From Eledone cirrhosa (taxonomy: Eukaryota): 64,000 bases of DNA. Under the pieces are notes generated by a model. It had not been told where the DNA came from and made no database searches. It saw nothing but the letters and a program-made list of their open reading frames with translations. The stretch is from assembly GCA_964016885.1 (NCBI GenBank), contig OZ024741.1:222022001-222086000 (forward strand), given 5' to 3'. Every line of letters starts with the position of its first letter. Positions within the stretch are counted from its first letter, which is position 1. The position numbers were made by a program, and so were the translations under genes. Shown here piece by piece: positions 37,866 to 50,302 of this stretch.

Positions 37866-38528
37866 GATGTTGGGCTCCACAAAATTTTTGAAAAAAGAAC
37901 TTTTCAACATATCATAAATGAAACAAAACTCTTTGTACTTCAAAAGCTATGATTGTATTCTGTATGTGTGGAGACTCATAATTATAAGGTTGTGAGTTTA
38001 ATTCTTAGACCGGGCAGCACATTGTGTTCTTGAGCAAGACACTTCATTTGGCTCCTGTTGTTAAAACACAAGAAACCTTTTATGAAATACAATCTTAAAG
38101 GAGGTCAATTAAACCTGCATAAGTGTGAGTTGTAACAACACCAACATGATGACTGGGGCCCCTATAATTAAAACAACTAATAAACCTCTTAGGTGAAACA
38201 ACCTGATAAGAGGTCAGCTAACTACAATAAGTGTTAGTTGTAACAACCACCTTGATAGTACTGGGGCCCCTATCATTAAAACCAAGAAACCTCTTAGGTG
38301 AAAGAATCTGATAGGAACCCTGCTGAACTCTACATAGATGTGAGCTGCATTTTGTACAAACTTGTATTTCATATGCATTGATTTGTGTATTAATTGTGAT
38401 ATTGTTGCTGTAGTTTCCTTATTTATTTCCCAATTGCAACAATCTATGCAACAACACTCTTCCTAAATACCTCAAATTTAGACGGTTGATCGTTGTGTTT
38501 TTTTTCTTTTTAAGTTTTTATATTTAAC

Positions 38529-38534
38529 AATAAA
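38529..38534 (+). terminator. candidate BRCA1 polyadenylation signal AATAAA
   Basis: AATAAA followed about 10-35 nt later by TG/T-rich sequence (tgttctgtttactggttcttatttt). The region is AT-rich, so chance occurrence is possible. Confidence 0.35.
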
Positions 38535-39744
38535 ATAACAATGTTCTGTTTACTGGTTCTTATTTTTCTAGATTAATATTTTAATTCTTCAGTGTTTGGT
38601 GAATTGGCAGTATTGGTAGGGGGTTGGATGCCATGCTTTGCAGCATAGAGTTACAGTCCTTTACAGTCTGAGTTCAAATCATGCTGAGGTTAACTTTACC
38701 TTTCATTCTTACGGGGTCGGTAAAATAAAGCACCAGTAAGACACTGGGATAATTGCTGGTGCACTAGGGTTGATTTAATGGTTGATTTTACTCTTCCCTT
38801 TAAATTGCTGACCTTGAGTCAAATGTAGAAACAATTCCGATTCATACACTACAGGTTTCAAGGTATAGACATGGAAAACATCTGCAGACTATGCACAACA
38901 GTGTAGACTGCACAATGCTGACTCACGTTCCATACCTTGCCTTTGTGCCTGATGATAACATAATACATGTTGCATGTATGAATCATAAAAATAATAAATT
39001 GCTCTTTCACTAGATAGAGCACTCTTTTCCTTTTTCCCTCCTATAGGCATTTATGTTACATATACATATATAGATAAATATATATGCCCATGATATCCTC
39101 ACTTCACCCATGACATTTTTGCCTATCACCATTCTTACCTCCCTTCGACAGCTCCCTTGGGACAAGTTATAACCCCCCCCCCCATAGTTGAGTCAATAAT
39201 AACTCCCCTAGCACTGGTACCACAATAAAACACTCAGTAAACTGAAAACTCTCTGTAGAGACCATGTCAAACAAAGTGTTAAGCAGACTTTTCAGTTGTG
39301 TCAAAGACATGTCAACCTCTTTAGTGTTGATGCCACAATAAAACGCACCTGGTATTCTATGTAGAGTGCAGGAATATATAGGCAATGCAGCCAGTAGCTC
39401 CAATTAAGTACTAACTCGGTTTGTGACAACCCTTGCAATCAGGGAAAATGGACATTAACTGATGATGATGATTATATAGCTCGGAAGGGCATCCAGCTGT
39501 AGAAACCAAGCCAAAGATCCATATGAGCAAAACATGGTCTCTGGATCTGACTTGTCTCATAACATAACCTATCTAACCTATGCAAGTATGGAAAAATAGA
39601 TGTTAAATGATGATGATGATGATGGTATATATATATATATGGTCTAACCCATGCTAGCGTGGAAAATGGACGTTAAACGAAGATGATGATGATGATATAT
39701 TTGTTTTGCAAGGTTTTTGATATGAAATCGTGTGTCGAAACAAA

Positions 39745-40292
39745 TATTGTTATACTTGGGGAGGGTCATATTGTTGTAATAATATTGCCAGAAATAACAA
39801 CAGAACACACTCACTGTTTGGTTGGTTTTCGCTTCTGTATCTTTTATATCTCCATAGTTAATTTATTTGGCAATCAATGTTTATCATTGATTGACCAACG
39901 GTTAAAAATACAGATATATGTATATATAGTCTATCAAAGTTCTTTTGTTGCACATCTGCAACATCATCAGTGGTACTATTATGTTCCCTCCTATTGTATT
40001 GTAATGTCTACACCATTTTTATTTTATTTATTTATTTATTTTTGCCTCCGTCTCTGCGCATGCGTTTGTGTGAGTATAATGTTTGGTGTGTTGATAGACT
40101 ATATATATATATATATATATTTATATTTTAACCGTTGGTCAATCAATGATAAAAGTTGATTGCCAAATAAATTAACTATGGAGATATAAAAGATACAGAA
40201 GCGAAAACTAACCAAACAGTGAGTGTGTTCTGTTATTATTTCTGGCAATATTATTACAACAATATGACCCTCCCCAAGTATAACAATATATA
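39745..40292. repeat. ~180-bp inverted repeat pair with ~175-bp spacer
   Basis: 39745-39925 is the reverse complement of 40100-40292 (tattgttatacttggggagggtcatattg...ccaacggttaaaa). Confidence 0.92.
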
Positions 40293-40747
40293 TATATACC
40301 ATCATCAGGCTGTTGCAGTTTATGTCTATCAGATTCTACTCCCAAGACATGAGTCAACCTGAGGTTATAGTAGAAAACATTTGCTGAAGATGATGTGCAG
40401 TAGGACTGAAACCAGAACCACATGGTTGTAAAGTGAACTTCTTAACCACTCACCCAGGATAACACAACTTTTATGTTTGTAAATATCTGTTAGTTTACTA
40501 GGAAGAGAGAATGTATGTATATTATAGGATTTTTTTCAATACAAAAAAGTTTTCTTCATTGTTGTTTTCATAGTCATTTATAAGTTTATTCAGCATCCAT
40601 CCATGATAAATATTTCTTTATATTTGTTTCAAGTGAACATGATTTTGGTGTACTGTCCTCATGTTACAAGTGAGCAGTTCTGGTATACGGTCCTCCTATT
40701 ATAAGTGAGCACAGTTCTGGTCTACTGTCCTTCTGCTGTTACTCTTA

Positions 40748-40819
40748 TCATTGTTCATTTTTCATCTCTTGGAGTTCAAATGTTCTCTTTTTATCAAGGA
40801 TCTCCATTTCACGAATTTT
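40748..40819 (-). CDS. C22orf23: UPF0193 EVG1-like protein, last coding exon (KIREMEILDKKRTFELQEMKNEQ*)
   Basis: tgtttgcag| acceptor phase 0; resembles human KLREMEDIDHRRSEEL; TGA stop. Confidence 0.85.
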   Translation of the reverse strand, partial: KIREMEILDKKRTFELQEMKNEQ

Positions 40820-40987
40820 CTGCAAACATATTGAAACAGATGATGTATATATATTTACACACACACACACATATACATATACATGCATATATATATATAT
40901 AGTAATAATAATAAATTTGAAGACTAAAATCCAAAGAGGGCTCGATAAGGATAAATATATATCAAATATATAAGAACCGTAGAGCAA

Positions 40988-43503
40988 ATATTTATTAAAA
41001 TAACAGATTAAAGTTTAAGCAAAGAATGGCTGCTTTCACCCTTAATGGGATCTTCTGAAACTAACAAAGTCAATCTGTAAACGCAGAAGCGGATATTTCA
41101 AAAAACGTTGCAACCGGAGGAAGACAGGAAGACGATACTTTGGTTCGTGGAAACGTTCCCTGGCAAAGAACGGGAAAAAACGAATATAATACGTCATAAA
41201 TAGGAGCGGTGAAAAACAATTACGCGCAAAGACAGAACCACGTTTATGGTATAAAAGAGGTCGTAGACTAATGTTCTCTTAGGTGGTTCATAGAGACGTT
41301 CTCTGGCAATGAACGAAAAAAACGAAGATAGTACGTCATATGTGGAGCGTGGAGAACAATTGCACGCAAAGACAAAACCACGTAAATGGTAAAGCTGAAG
41401 TCGTAGACTAAAATTCTAACTAGGAAACTGTATGAATCTCCGCTTCAGAGTTAAGAACAAAGTAAATAAATACAATACAAAGGTAATAGAAATTAAATAA
41501 ATACATACACGCATGCAAATACGTACATACACAAGCATACGTAAAAACACTTGCCATAGGTATACAAAACCACGCACATATAAATATGTGTGTGTGTGTG
41601 TGTGCATGTATACAAATAAATAAATAATTAAATAAACGTATATAAATAAATAAATACGTATATAACAAGCGCACACACATACCTACATGTAAATACACAA
41701 ATGTTCGGAGACGTAAGTCAACCAAAACATGAAGTACACATATACGCACACCCTACATACGTACGAACCTGCATACTCACACAGACGCAAAACTCCCGTA
41801 TACACATAACCAAACCATATGTACCAGAATATATAAAATTATACGCCATAACATATACAATCAAATATACGTACGAGAAGGTATACGTACTTTCACAAAA
41901 CATACAGGTAATATATACTTACCTATGCAAATAAGTAATGGTATAAACAAAACATATACTTAGCTACCACATCAAGACGTAAAATATCTGCGTATAGTTC
42001 GTACTATCCGTTAGGGTATAACGTGGGGCTGTAATACAGGAAAGTTTTGTGCAAATTTATGTTTACAAGCCGAAATTGCCTCAGATTTTTTGTTTAAGAT
42101 GTGGTCTGTGGTGTAGAGTATTTCCAGGGCCTCAGTGGCGCAGAGGTCACGTGGTCTTTTATTACTGTTATACGATCTAGCCCTAGCTAGGATCTCCCAG
42201 TGTAACTTATATTGGGTGTGGTTGTCTTTTAGACTCCAGATATAAGCTGAAAGTGAAGTCATATTCCTTCTTAGAGGGTAACGAAAAGAATGGGTATGCA
42301 AGTAAAGACCCTGCTTGAATCTATTGGCGGTTAACCCTATGTAGGCCCTACGGGACGTGGGTGTTTCAACCTTAAATTTGTAGACAATGTTACTAGAGAG
42401 GCATTTCCCGGATAGGGGGCAATCAACCCGATTCCTACAATTACAGTTAATACTAACTACAGGGTTGCACGTGTTCCTACGGCTAGGTAGTTTAGCTAAC
42501 GGATAGTACGATCTATACATGGATATTTTACGTCTTGATGTGGGAGCTAAGTATATGTTTTGTTTATACCATTACTTATTTGCATAGGTAAGGATATATT
42601 ACCTGTATGTTTTGTGAAGGTACGTATACTTTCTTGTACGTATATTTGATTGTATATGTTATGGCGTATAATTTTTTTATATATTCTGGTACATATGGTT
42701 TGGTTATGTGTATACGGGAGTTTTGCGTCTGTGTGAGTATGCAGGTTCGTACGTATGTAGGGTGTGTGTATATGTGTACTTCATGTTTTGATTGACTTAC
42801 GTCTCCGAACATTTGTGCATTTACATGTAGGTATGCGTGTGCGCTTGTTATATACGTATTTTATTTAATTATTTATTTATTTGTATACACGCATACACAC
42901 ACATATTTATATGTGCGTGGTTTTGTATACCTATGGTAAGTGTTTTCACGTATGCTTGTGTATGTACGTATTTGTATGCGTGTATGTATTTATTTAATTT
43001 CTATTACCTCTGTATTGTATTTAATTACTTTGTTCTTAACTCTGAAGCGGAGATTTATTCGGTCTCCTAGTTAGAATTTTAGTCTTCGACTTCTGCTATA
43101 CCATTTACGTGGTTTTGTCTTTGCGTGCAATTGTTCTCCATGCTCCACATATGGCATACTATCTTCGGTTTTTTTCGCTCATTGCCAGAGAACGTCTCTA
43201 TGAACCACCTAAGAGAACATTAGTCTACAACCTCTTTTATACCATAAACGTGGTTCTGTCTTTGTGCGTAATTGTTTTTCACCGCTCCTATTTATGACGT
43301 ATTATATTCGTTTTTCCCCGTTCTTTGCCAGGGAACGTTTCCACGAACCAAAGTATTGTCTTCCTGTCTGCCTCCGGTTGCAACGTTTTTTGAAATATCC
43401 ACTTCTGCGTTTACAGATTGACTTTGTTAGTTTCAGAAGATCCCGTTAAGGGTGAAAGCAGCGATTCTTTGCTTAAACTTTAATCTGTTATTTTAATAAA
43501 TAT
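40988..43503 (-). mobile_element. Penelope-like element: GIY-YIG endonuclease remnant between ~1-kb inverted pseudo-LTRs
   Basis: Arms 40988-42014 and 42496-43503 are reverse complements; spacer encodes CNC.....CPL.G.CL..NIVY...YIGLT...H..SF...LS.YIW.LK...LC.TE...LNKKSE. Confidence 0.88.
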
Positions 43504-43521
43504 ATATATATATATTTGCGC

Positions 43522-44910
43522 CCACCATGGTTGTTCTTAGCCCGCTCCTGTTTATTATCGTTTTGCAGGCTATAACGGAGGAGTTTAAGACCAGCTGCCC
43601 ATAGGAACTTCTGTACGTGAATGATCTTACACTCATAGCTGAATCTATGACGGAACTAGAGAAGAAATTCCAAACATGGAAGCAGGGCCTAGAAAGAAGG
43701 GGTTTTAAAGTCAACCTGACAAAGACTAAGGTCCTAGTAATTAGAAGAGAAAACAGAACCCAGACCCCCTCAGGGAAATGGCCTTGTCCAGTATGTAGGA
43801 AAGGTGTTGGTAGAAACTCCATTCTCTGTCCCATATGCAAACTGTGGGTACACAAGAGATGTAGTGGGATCTCGGGAAGTTTAGCTAAGAATGTAGGCTT
43901 TACATGTAGCAGTTTCACTGGAACAGTAAGCAGGAAACAGGTGCTACCAAATTCTGGGAGGGTTCTGTAGAAACAGTAGACATTTTCTGCTACTTAGGTG
44001 ACTGAACTAGCAGTGGTGGTGGGTGTTGTGAAAGAACAGTAGCCAGAGTAAGAACGGGATGGAGGAAGTTTGGGAGCTACTACTACTGGCTACAAAAGGC
44101 TTCTCCCTCAGAATGAAAGGTAGACTATGATGCGTGCGTACGAACAGCTATGTTGCATGGTAGTGAGATCTGGGTGCTGTGTGCAGAAGACTTGCGTAGA
44201 TTGGAAAGAAATGAAGCCTGCATGTTCCGATGGATGTGTAATAGTAATATACGAGAATGGTGAAGCATAAATGAACTGAGAGAGAAATTAGGCATAAGAG
44301 GAATCAAATGCTGTGTGCAGGAAAGGAGATTGCATTGGTATGAACGATGAAGGATGACAGCTGCATAACAAAGTGCAGAGCACTCAAAGTCGATGGAAAC
44401 CTTGGAGTGGGGAGACCTAGGAAGGCTTGGCATGAGGTGATAAAAGCCGACCTTGTCTAATTGCACCTCTCAAAGGCGATGACATAGGACCGAGATCTCT
44501 GGCGTTACAAAGTAATACAGAAGACCCAACTTCCTAAGGGCACAGGCTGAAGCTGAAGCATATATACAGTGTGCCTCGCCCCACTCTCCCATACATTCCC
44601 TAAGAGGACAAGCCAAAGTATTCATCCAGTGAAGCCCCTAGTCAGACCACACTGTAAAGTGGTCAGGATGGTGACATGGCAAAATGCACCCAGCCCTCAC
44701 TGTAAAATGGCACTTAGGTGTCACGACAAAAGGCACCCTGTACTCACTGTCAATGAGGTTAGCATTAGGAAGGGCATCCAACTGTAGAAAACCCGCCAGA
44801 CAGTCCTATGCGAGCAAGACAACCACTCTTGCCTCAAGTGGGAAAACCCCCGTCCAAACCCATGCAAGCGTGGAACACGGACGCTAAACCTGATGATGAT
44901 GATGATGATC
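43522..44910 (+). mobile_element. 5'-truncated decayed RTE LINE with PHD-like insert
   Basis: VLSPLLF, GKWPCPVC...CPIC...HKRC, GRPRKAW, (GAT)n tail; a second tail copy follows at 44911-45045. Confidence 0.9.
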
Positions 44911-45800
44911 TAGCTGTAGAAACCAAGCCAGAATCAGTTCTGTATGAGCAAGACATGGTCACCTGACCTAGCAATGCCCACAAAAGGACAACTCGTTTAA
45001 CCCATGCTAGTGTGGAAGAATGGACATAAAACAGTGATGATGATATATATATACATACATACACACATATTTCTCCCTCCTTTTCTCTAAATACATCTCA
45101 TTTGAGACAAATCATTACTTCCCCCCCCATAGGTTAGTGAGAGCTCTTCAGCCAAGTCAATGATCAACAACCTCCCTAGTGCGAGTCCCATGAAAAATGC
45201 ACCCAGGACACCTTGTAAAGTGGTTGGCAATAGAAAGGGCATCCAACCATAGAAGAGTTGAGCGGACGCTTCAGTTAAGGACATGACAAACTCTCTAGTA
45301 TTGGTGCTATGATAAAATGCACCTAGTACATTCTGTTAAGTGCAGAAATGAAAGGTCAGTAGCACCAATTAAGTACTGACTTAGTGTGTGACAACCCTTC
45401 CATCCCTTGCTAGCAGGGAAACATGTTAAAAGATCATGGTGTATCATCATTGTCATCACTACACACACACATATATGAAACACTGTTCACAGTATTTAGG
45501 CAAGACACATTAGCGCAAAAGAAATATATAATTGTTTCTCCTTTTGGCACAAGGCCAGCAATTATCCCAGTGCATTACTGGTACTTTATTTTATTGACCC
45601 CGTAAGGATGAAAGGCAAAGTTAACCTCGGCGGGATTCGAACTCAGAATGGCAAGGGCCGTAACTCTGTGCGTCAAAGCATAGCGTCTGACCCTCTACCG
45701 ATACTGCCAATCCAAATATATAATGGTCTTCATACATAATCACCTGATGTAACTGGGGCCCCTATCATCAAAACACCCAACCATAGAAGAGTTGAGCGGC

Positions 45801-46030
45801 CAGCTAAACCTACATAGGTGTAAGTTGTAACAACATAAAAAGGGGTGCCCAGCTAAACCTACATAGGTGTAAGTTGTAACAACATAAAAAGGGGTGCCCA
45901 GCTAAACCTACATAGGTGTAAGTTGTAACAACATAAAAAGGGGTGCCCAGCTAAACCTACATAGGTGTAAGTTGTAACAACATAAAAAGGGGGGCGCAGC
46001 TAAACCTACATCGGTATGAGCTGTAACAAT
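45801..46030. repeat. 49-bp minisatellite, 4+ copies
   Basis: cagctaaacctacataggtgtaagttgtaacaacataaaaaggggtgcc at 45801, 45850, 45899, 45948, 45997. Confidence 0.95.
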
Positions 46031-46191
46031 AACATGATGGGACAGGGGCCTTTATCATTAAGACGCCCAAAAACCCTCATGGGAGGCCAACTAAACCTAC
46101 ATGTGAGCTGTAACAATAGCATGAGACAACAGAGGCCTTTATCATTAAAACACCAACTAAATCTACATAAGCGTGAAATCATCATAATTAC

Positions 46192-46292
46192 CTGAGATAT
46201 TTCCGTTTCAATAATTGATTGATATTTTTTTCCTTGCCCTAAAGCGTTCATCTCATCAAGGAATTGTCTCCTGTCTTCAACTTCCTGTTGTA
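46192..46292 (-). CDS. C22orf23: UPF0193 EVG1-like exon (LQQEVEDRRQFLDEMNALGQGKKYQSIIETEISQ)
   Basis: ttctgcag| phase 1, CAG|gtaatt phase 0; matches the recalled EVG1 motif [31 protein letters not shown]. Confidence 0.9.
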
Positions 46293-46347
46293 CTGCAGAA
46301 AATAGAATGTCACATTGTGTTTTCCATAACTATAATTATTGTAATTA

Positions 46348-47661
46348 TATTAGGTTGGGCAGAAAGTTCTCGCTGCTTTTCAAATTTTTATTGACATTGG
46401 CTTTTTTTAACTTGAGGAAAATTTTAAAAGTCAAAATAATTGCCATATCCTGCCGAGGTTGTCTTTGCCTTTCATTCTTACGGGGTCGATAAAATAAAGC
46501 ACCAGTAATGCACTGGGGTAATTGCTGGCCTTGTGCCAAAAGTAGGAACAATTATTTGTGAATAATGTCTGCCATTGTTTAGGAAGGCACATGATTCCAT
46601 CCTAGTAGAATTCTGGCTTTGATGCAAAAATTGTCAGCCACTGATTTAACTGGTCTTCATTAGCAAAGGTCTTTGGCTACATTGCATTACTCAGAGAGAA
46701 AAAGGTAATAGTCTGTAGGCGTAAGGCTTGGCGAATAAGTCTTGTGGAGCAGAACCTCCCAACCTAACTCCAGCAGCTTCTCACAGGTCGTCCTTGATGT
46801 ATGCAGCCAAGCATTATCATGAAGGAATCGAACAGGACCATGGTGTGGGAGCACCTGTGCGATTTTCACTGCTAATCTGTCAAATTGTTGGCAATAGACT
46901 TCAGAGGTTCGGTGGGAGTAGCTTGTAGTGGATGACACCTTTCCAGTCCCACTAGACGCTCAGTAGAGCCTGCAAGGATGGAGACCAATCTTTACTTGAC
47001 ATTGTGGTGCACTCTCTTTATCAACCCACAATCGCTTGCGCTTCATATTAATATAGAGACACCATTTTACATCACCACTGATAATGGAATGTAACCAGTT
47101 GCTTGTGTGATGCTAGAAGAGCAGAGAAGTTGCAGCTGCCGCCTGACATTCACGGTTATATCAGTCAGCTTTGACACCTTCCCTATTGCATGCAAGTGAT
47201 TGAGGATATTTGTTTTCGATGTTCCAATCACTTTGGAGAGTTGATGTGATATCTAATGTGGATCGGCTTCCACCAGTTCACACAGTTGCTCATCATTGAA
47301 GTTGGATGGACAGCCTGCACGAGATTGATCTTCAAGGTTGTAATCACTGGAATGGAAGCATGTGAACCAGTGCCTGGCACTGCGTTCAGACATGGTATGT
47401 AACCCAAATGCATTGATAATGCGATGATTCAATGCTGCTGCACTTAGGCCAGATTTTAAGTCATTAACAGCTACGAATAAACAATTTGGATAGATCTATG
47501 TTGTTTCCCCTTCGACGGCATAACAGAAAATGAGAAATGCATATAGTGCATACCGATGTCAATTCTTATGTGCACACGTGCAACCTTCAACATTTCCAGA
47601 AAATTTTACCAAAATACTTCCTTTTGAAAACCAGTAGGGACTTTCTGTCCAACCCAATATA
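46348..47661 (-). mobile_element. decayed full-length mariner with nested SINE
   Basis: TIRs tattaggttgggcagaaagt / actttctgtccaacccaata; LHDNA..H and YSP.L.PTDYYLF motifs. Confidence 0.88.
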
Positions 47662-48105
47662 TTGATATGATAAAATGCACTCAGTATACTCTGTAAAGTG
47701 TTAGTGCTGGTGCCAGGTTAAAATACCCTCAGTACATTTTATAAAGGGGTAGTGCTAGTACCACAATTCATTGCACCCAATACACTCTGTAAAATGGTTG
47801 GGGTTAGGACACATGACATGATTCCCAACCTGCCTAGTCTCACACTGTGCCAAGCTGTCCAACCTATGTCAGCATGAAAAGCCGGCATATGATGATGGTG
47901 ATGGTTTATATAATAAATTTATTTGAAATAAGATATTTCTAAACAGATTATATTATGTAGAGCAAACATTTCATACTTAATCATTTTCCTTTTCTCTAAT
48001 AAATTAATTAATCCTTTTCATGCAATTTTTCTGAGTTATAAAAAGTTTTGGTTCCCCAATACTCCCCCTCCCAGCCAAATAATCATTTCAATAAACTCCA
48101 CTTAC

Positions 48106-48243
48106 GCTCTTCAAAGCGATCAATGTCCTCAATATCTTCGATCTGTGGTTTCCTCAAAACGTTCTTTGGCCGTGGAATATCTTCCTCTTTGCCGTAAGCC
48201 ATCAAATTAGCAAGTTTCTTTTTTTCTTTTTCACAACAGAATT
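48106..48243 (-). CDS. C22orf23: UPF0193 EVG1-like exon (EKEKKKLANLMAYGKE...DRFEE)
   Basis: Polypyrimidine tract + gaag| phase 1, |gtaagt phase 1; matches EKEKQRLQNIFATGKD...DRFEE. Confidence 0.88.
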
Positions 48244-49527
48244 CTTCAAAAGAAAAAAAAAAAAGATAATCAGTAACTTTAGTGAATGTATTCTATCAAC
48301 AGAAATTATACAAAGATAATATTTATGTTCTTGCAGTATTTAGTTATAGTTCTTTATGTTTTGACTTCAAATCTCACCATGGTCAACTTTGCCATTCATC
48401 CTTTTAGGGTTGATGTACCAGTCAAGTACTGAGGTTGATTTATCTGACTTTCCCCCTTCCCCCAGATTGCTGGCCTTGTGTCTATGTTAGATACCATTTA
48501 TTATTATTATTTGGATTTGCAACATCAGTAGGGTGTTGGACACCTGCTTTCCTGCATATAGTTATGGCCCTTCACATTCTGAGTGCAAATCCTGCTGAGT
48601 TTAACTTTGTCTTACGGGATCAATAAAATAAAGTACCAGGAAAACACTGGGGTCGATTTAATCAACTTTCCTCTTACCCCAAATTGTTGGCCTTGTGCCT
48701 ACATCAGAAACTGCTATTACTTGTACATGAGCAGTTGTTTTACAAATTAAATAAATAATATTGTTTCGTTGAAACATATTAAAAAATATTCCTTCAAGGT
48801 GATGCCCTAGCATGGCTGCAATCAAATGACTGAAACCAGTAAAAGAGTAGAAGAATAGTTCTCTAAACTAACTGTATAACTGTACAGTTTCAATATTGGA
48901 CATTCTTGTACAAATATATAGAAAAAATAGGAAAGAAACTTCTCATCAGGTCAGACCAGAGAAACAATTTTTCCATCTGCCAATCCAACATATATTTTTA
49001 AAGAAAAGGAATTGATCATCAGATCAAACCAAGGAAGCTATATTTTCATTGCTGTTACTATCTGCTAGACTAACATACCTTGAATATATATTTCTAAAGA
49101 AAAGGCTCTGATCATCAGATTGGATCAAGAAAACTGTCTCTATTGGTCTTTCCAATGCTGATACTATCAGTTGGTTGCATCTCCTGGTAGAAGGAACAAT
49201 GTGAAATAAAGTATTTTATTCAAGAACACAACACACCACCTGGTCAAGAAACTAAACCCACAATCTTTTAATCGTGTGTGCAACATCCTAATCACTAAGC
49301 CAGGCACCTTCACAAAATATACAAATATATAGACCTGCTAGATATAGCAGGCAAATCTCTCTAAAATTGCACCTTATTGTCTTAATGTAACTCTAAATAC
49401 AATAGAATATGTTTCAATAAAAGATGGGATAGTCATGGCTGGAAATATTTTGGACATAGATCCTCTTGATCATGACTGCTCTAGAGTAAAAACAACAATA
49501 ACAACAACTTAAAAACAGTCAACTCAC

Positions 49528-49601
49528 TTCCAGGTTTTGGCCGATATGTGTCCAGTTTATATGCACCCATTGCTTCCATTGTCTCTCGAGTTCTCTTCCC
49601 A
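49528..49601 (-). CDS. C22orf23: UPF0193 EVG1-like exon (GKRTRETMEAMGAYKLDTYRPKPG); upstream exons not located
   Basis: |gtgagt donor, phase 1, compatible with the next exon; GAY....F/YxP motif. The acceptor (ctatag) is less certain. Confidence 0.7.
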
Positions 49602-49986
49602 CTATAGTGCAATATTGACCAAAATACGAAAAAAAAAAAGGGTGGTAAAAGAAATTAATATATATATCTATCAATATACATACACACATATATATATATA
49701 TACACATTACATACATTAATCATCAATTCAGAGTTTAAACTATTGTGCAGCTATGTAAAATTCTCAGCCAGCCAGCCAGCCAACCACACACAGTATGTAG
49801 CTTAATATAGAAAACCCACATTAACAAATACAGTTTTATTGAGTGTAAATGTGTAGATCATATATGTAAATGTATTTTTGAGTTTCCTTAAACCAATCCC
49901 TGTTTTCTCAATCCTTTGTAGGTGTAAAATCTTATTGTGTCAATCAATTTATTGTGTAAATGTGTAGATAATATATGTAAACATGT

Positions 49987-50302
49987 ACAGTGGAGCCTCA
50001 GTTCACAAACTTAATTTGTTCTTAAAGGCCGTTCATCATCTGAAATCGTCATAAACTGAAACTATTTTTCCCATATGAAATGTTGAGAGAGAAATACTGT
50101 GAAAGACAGAGATAGATAGTACCATTGTAACTAATTACATAGCAAGTCACGCTTTCCTGCCGATACTCCTAGCTTGTTGCTAACTTGCGTGTTTGTTACT
50201 CGATACACTGTTTGTCAACTGAGACATTTAATGTTTGGAAAAATTGTTTGTGAATAGATTTGTTCATGATGTAAGGTGTTCATGAACTGAAGTTACACTG
50301 TA
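49987..50302. mobile_element. Tigger/pogo-type MITE
   Basis: TA-cagtggagcctcagttcac ... catgaactgaagttacactg-TA imperfect TIRs, ~315 bp, non-coding. Confidence 0.7.

Noticed and set aside
41416-43449. Paired Tyr/Val/Cys-rich ORFs on both strands
   Set aside because: Translations of TA/TG-rich low-complexity sequence duplicated by the inverted arms.
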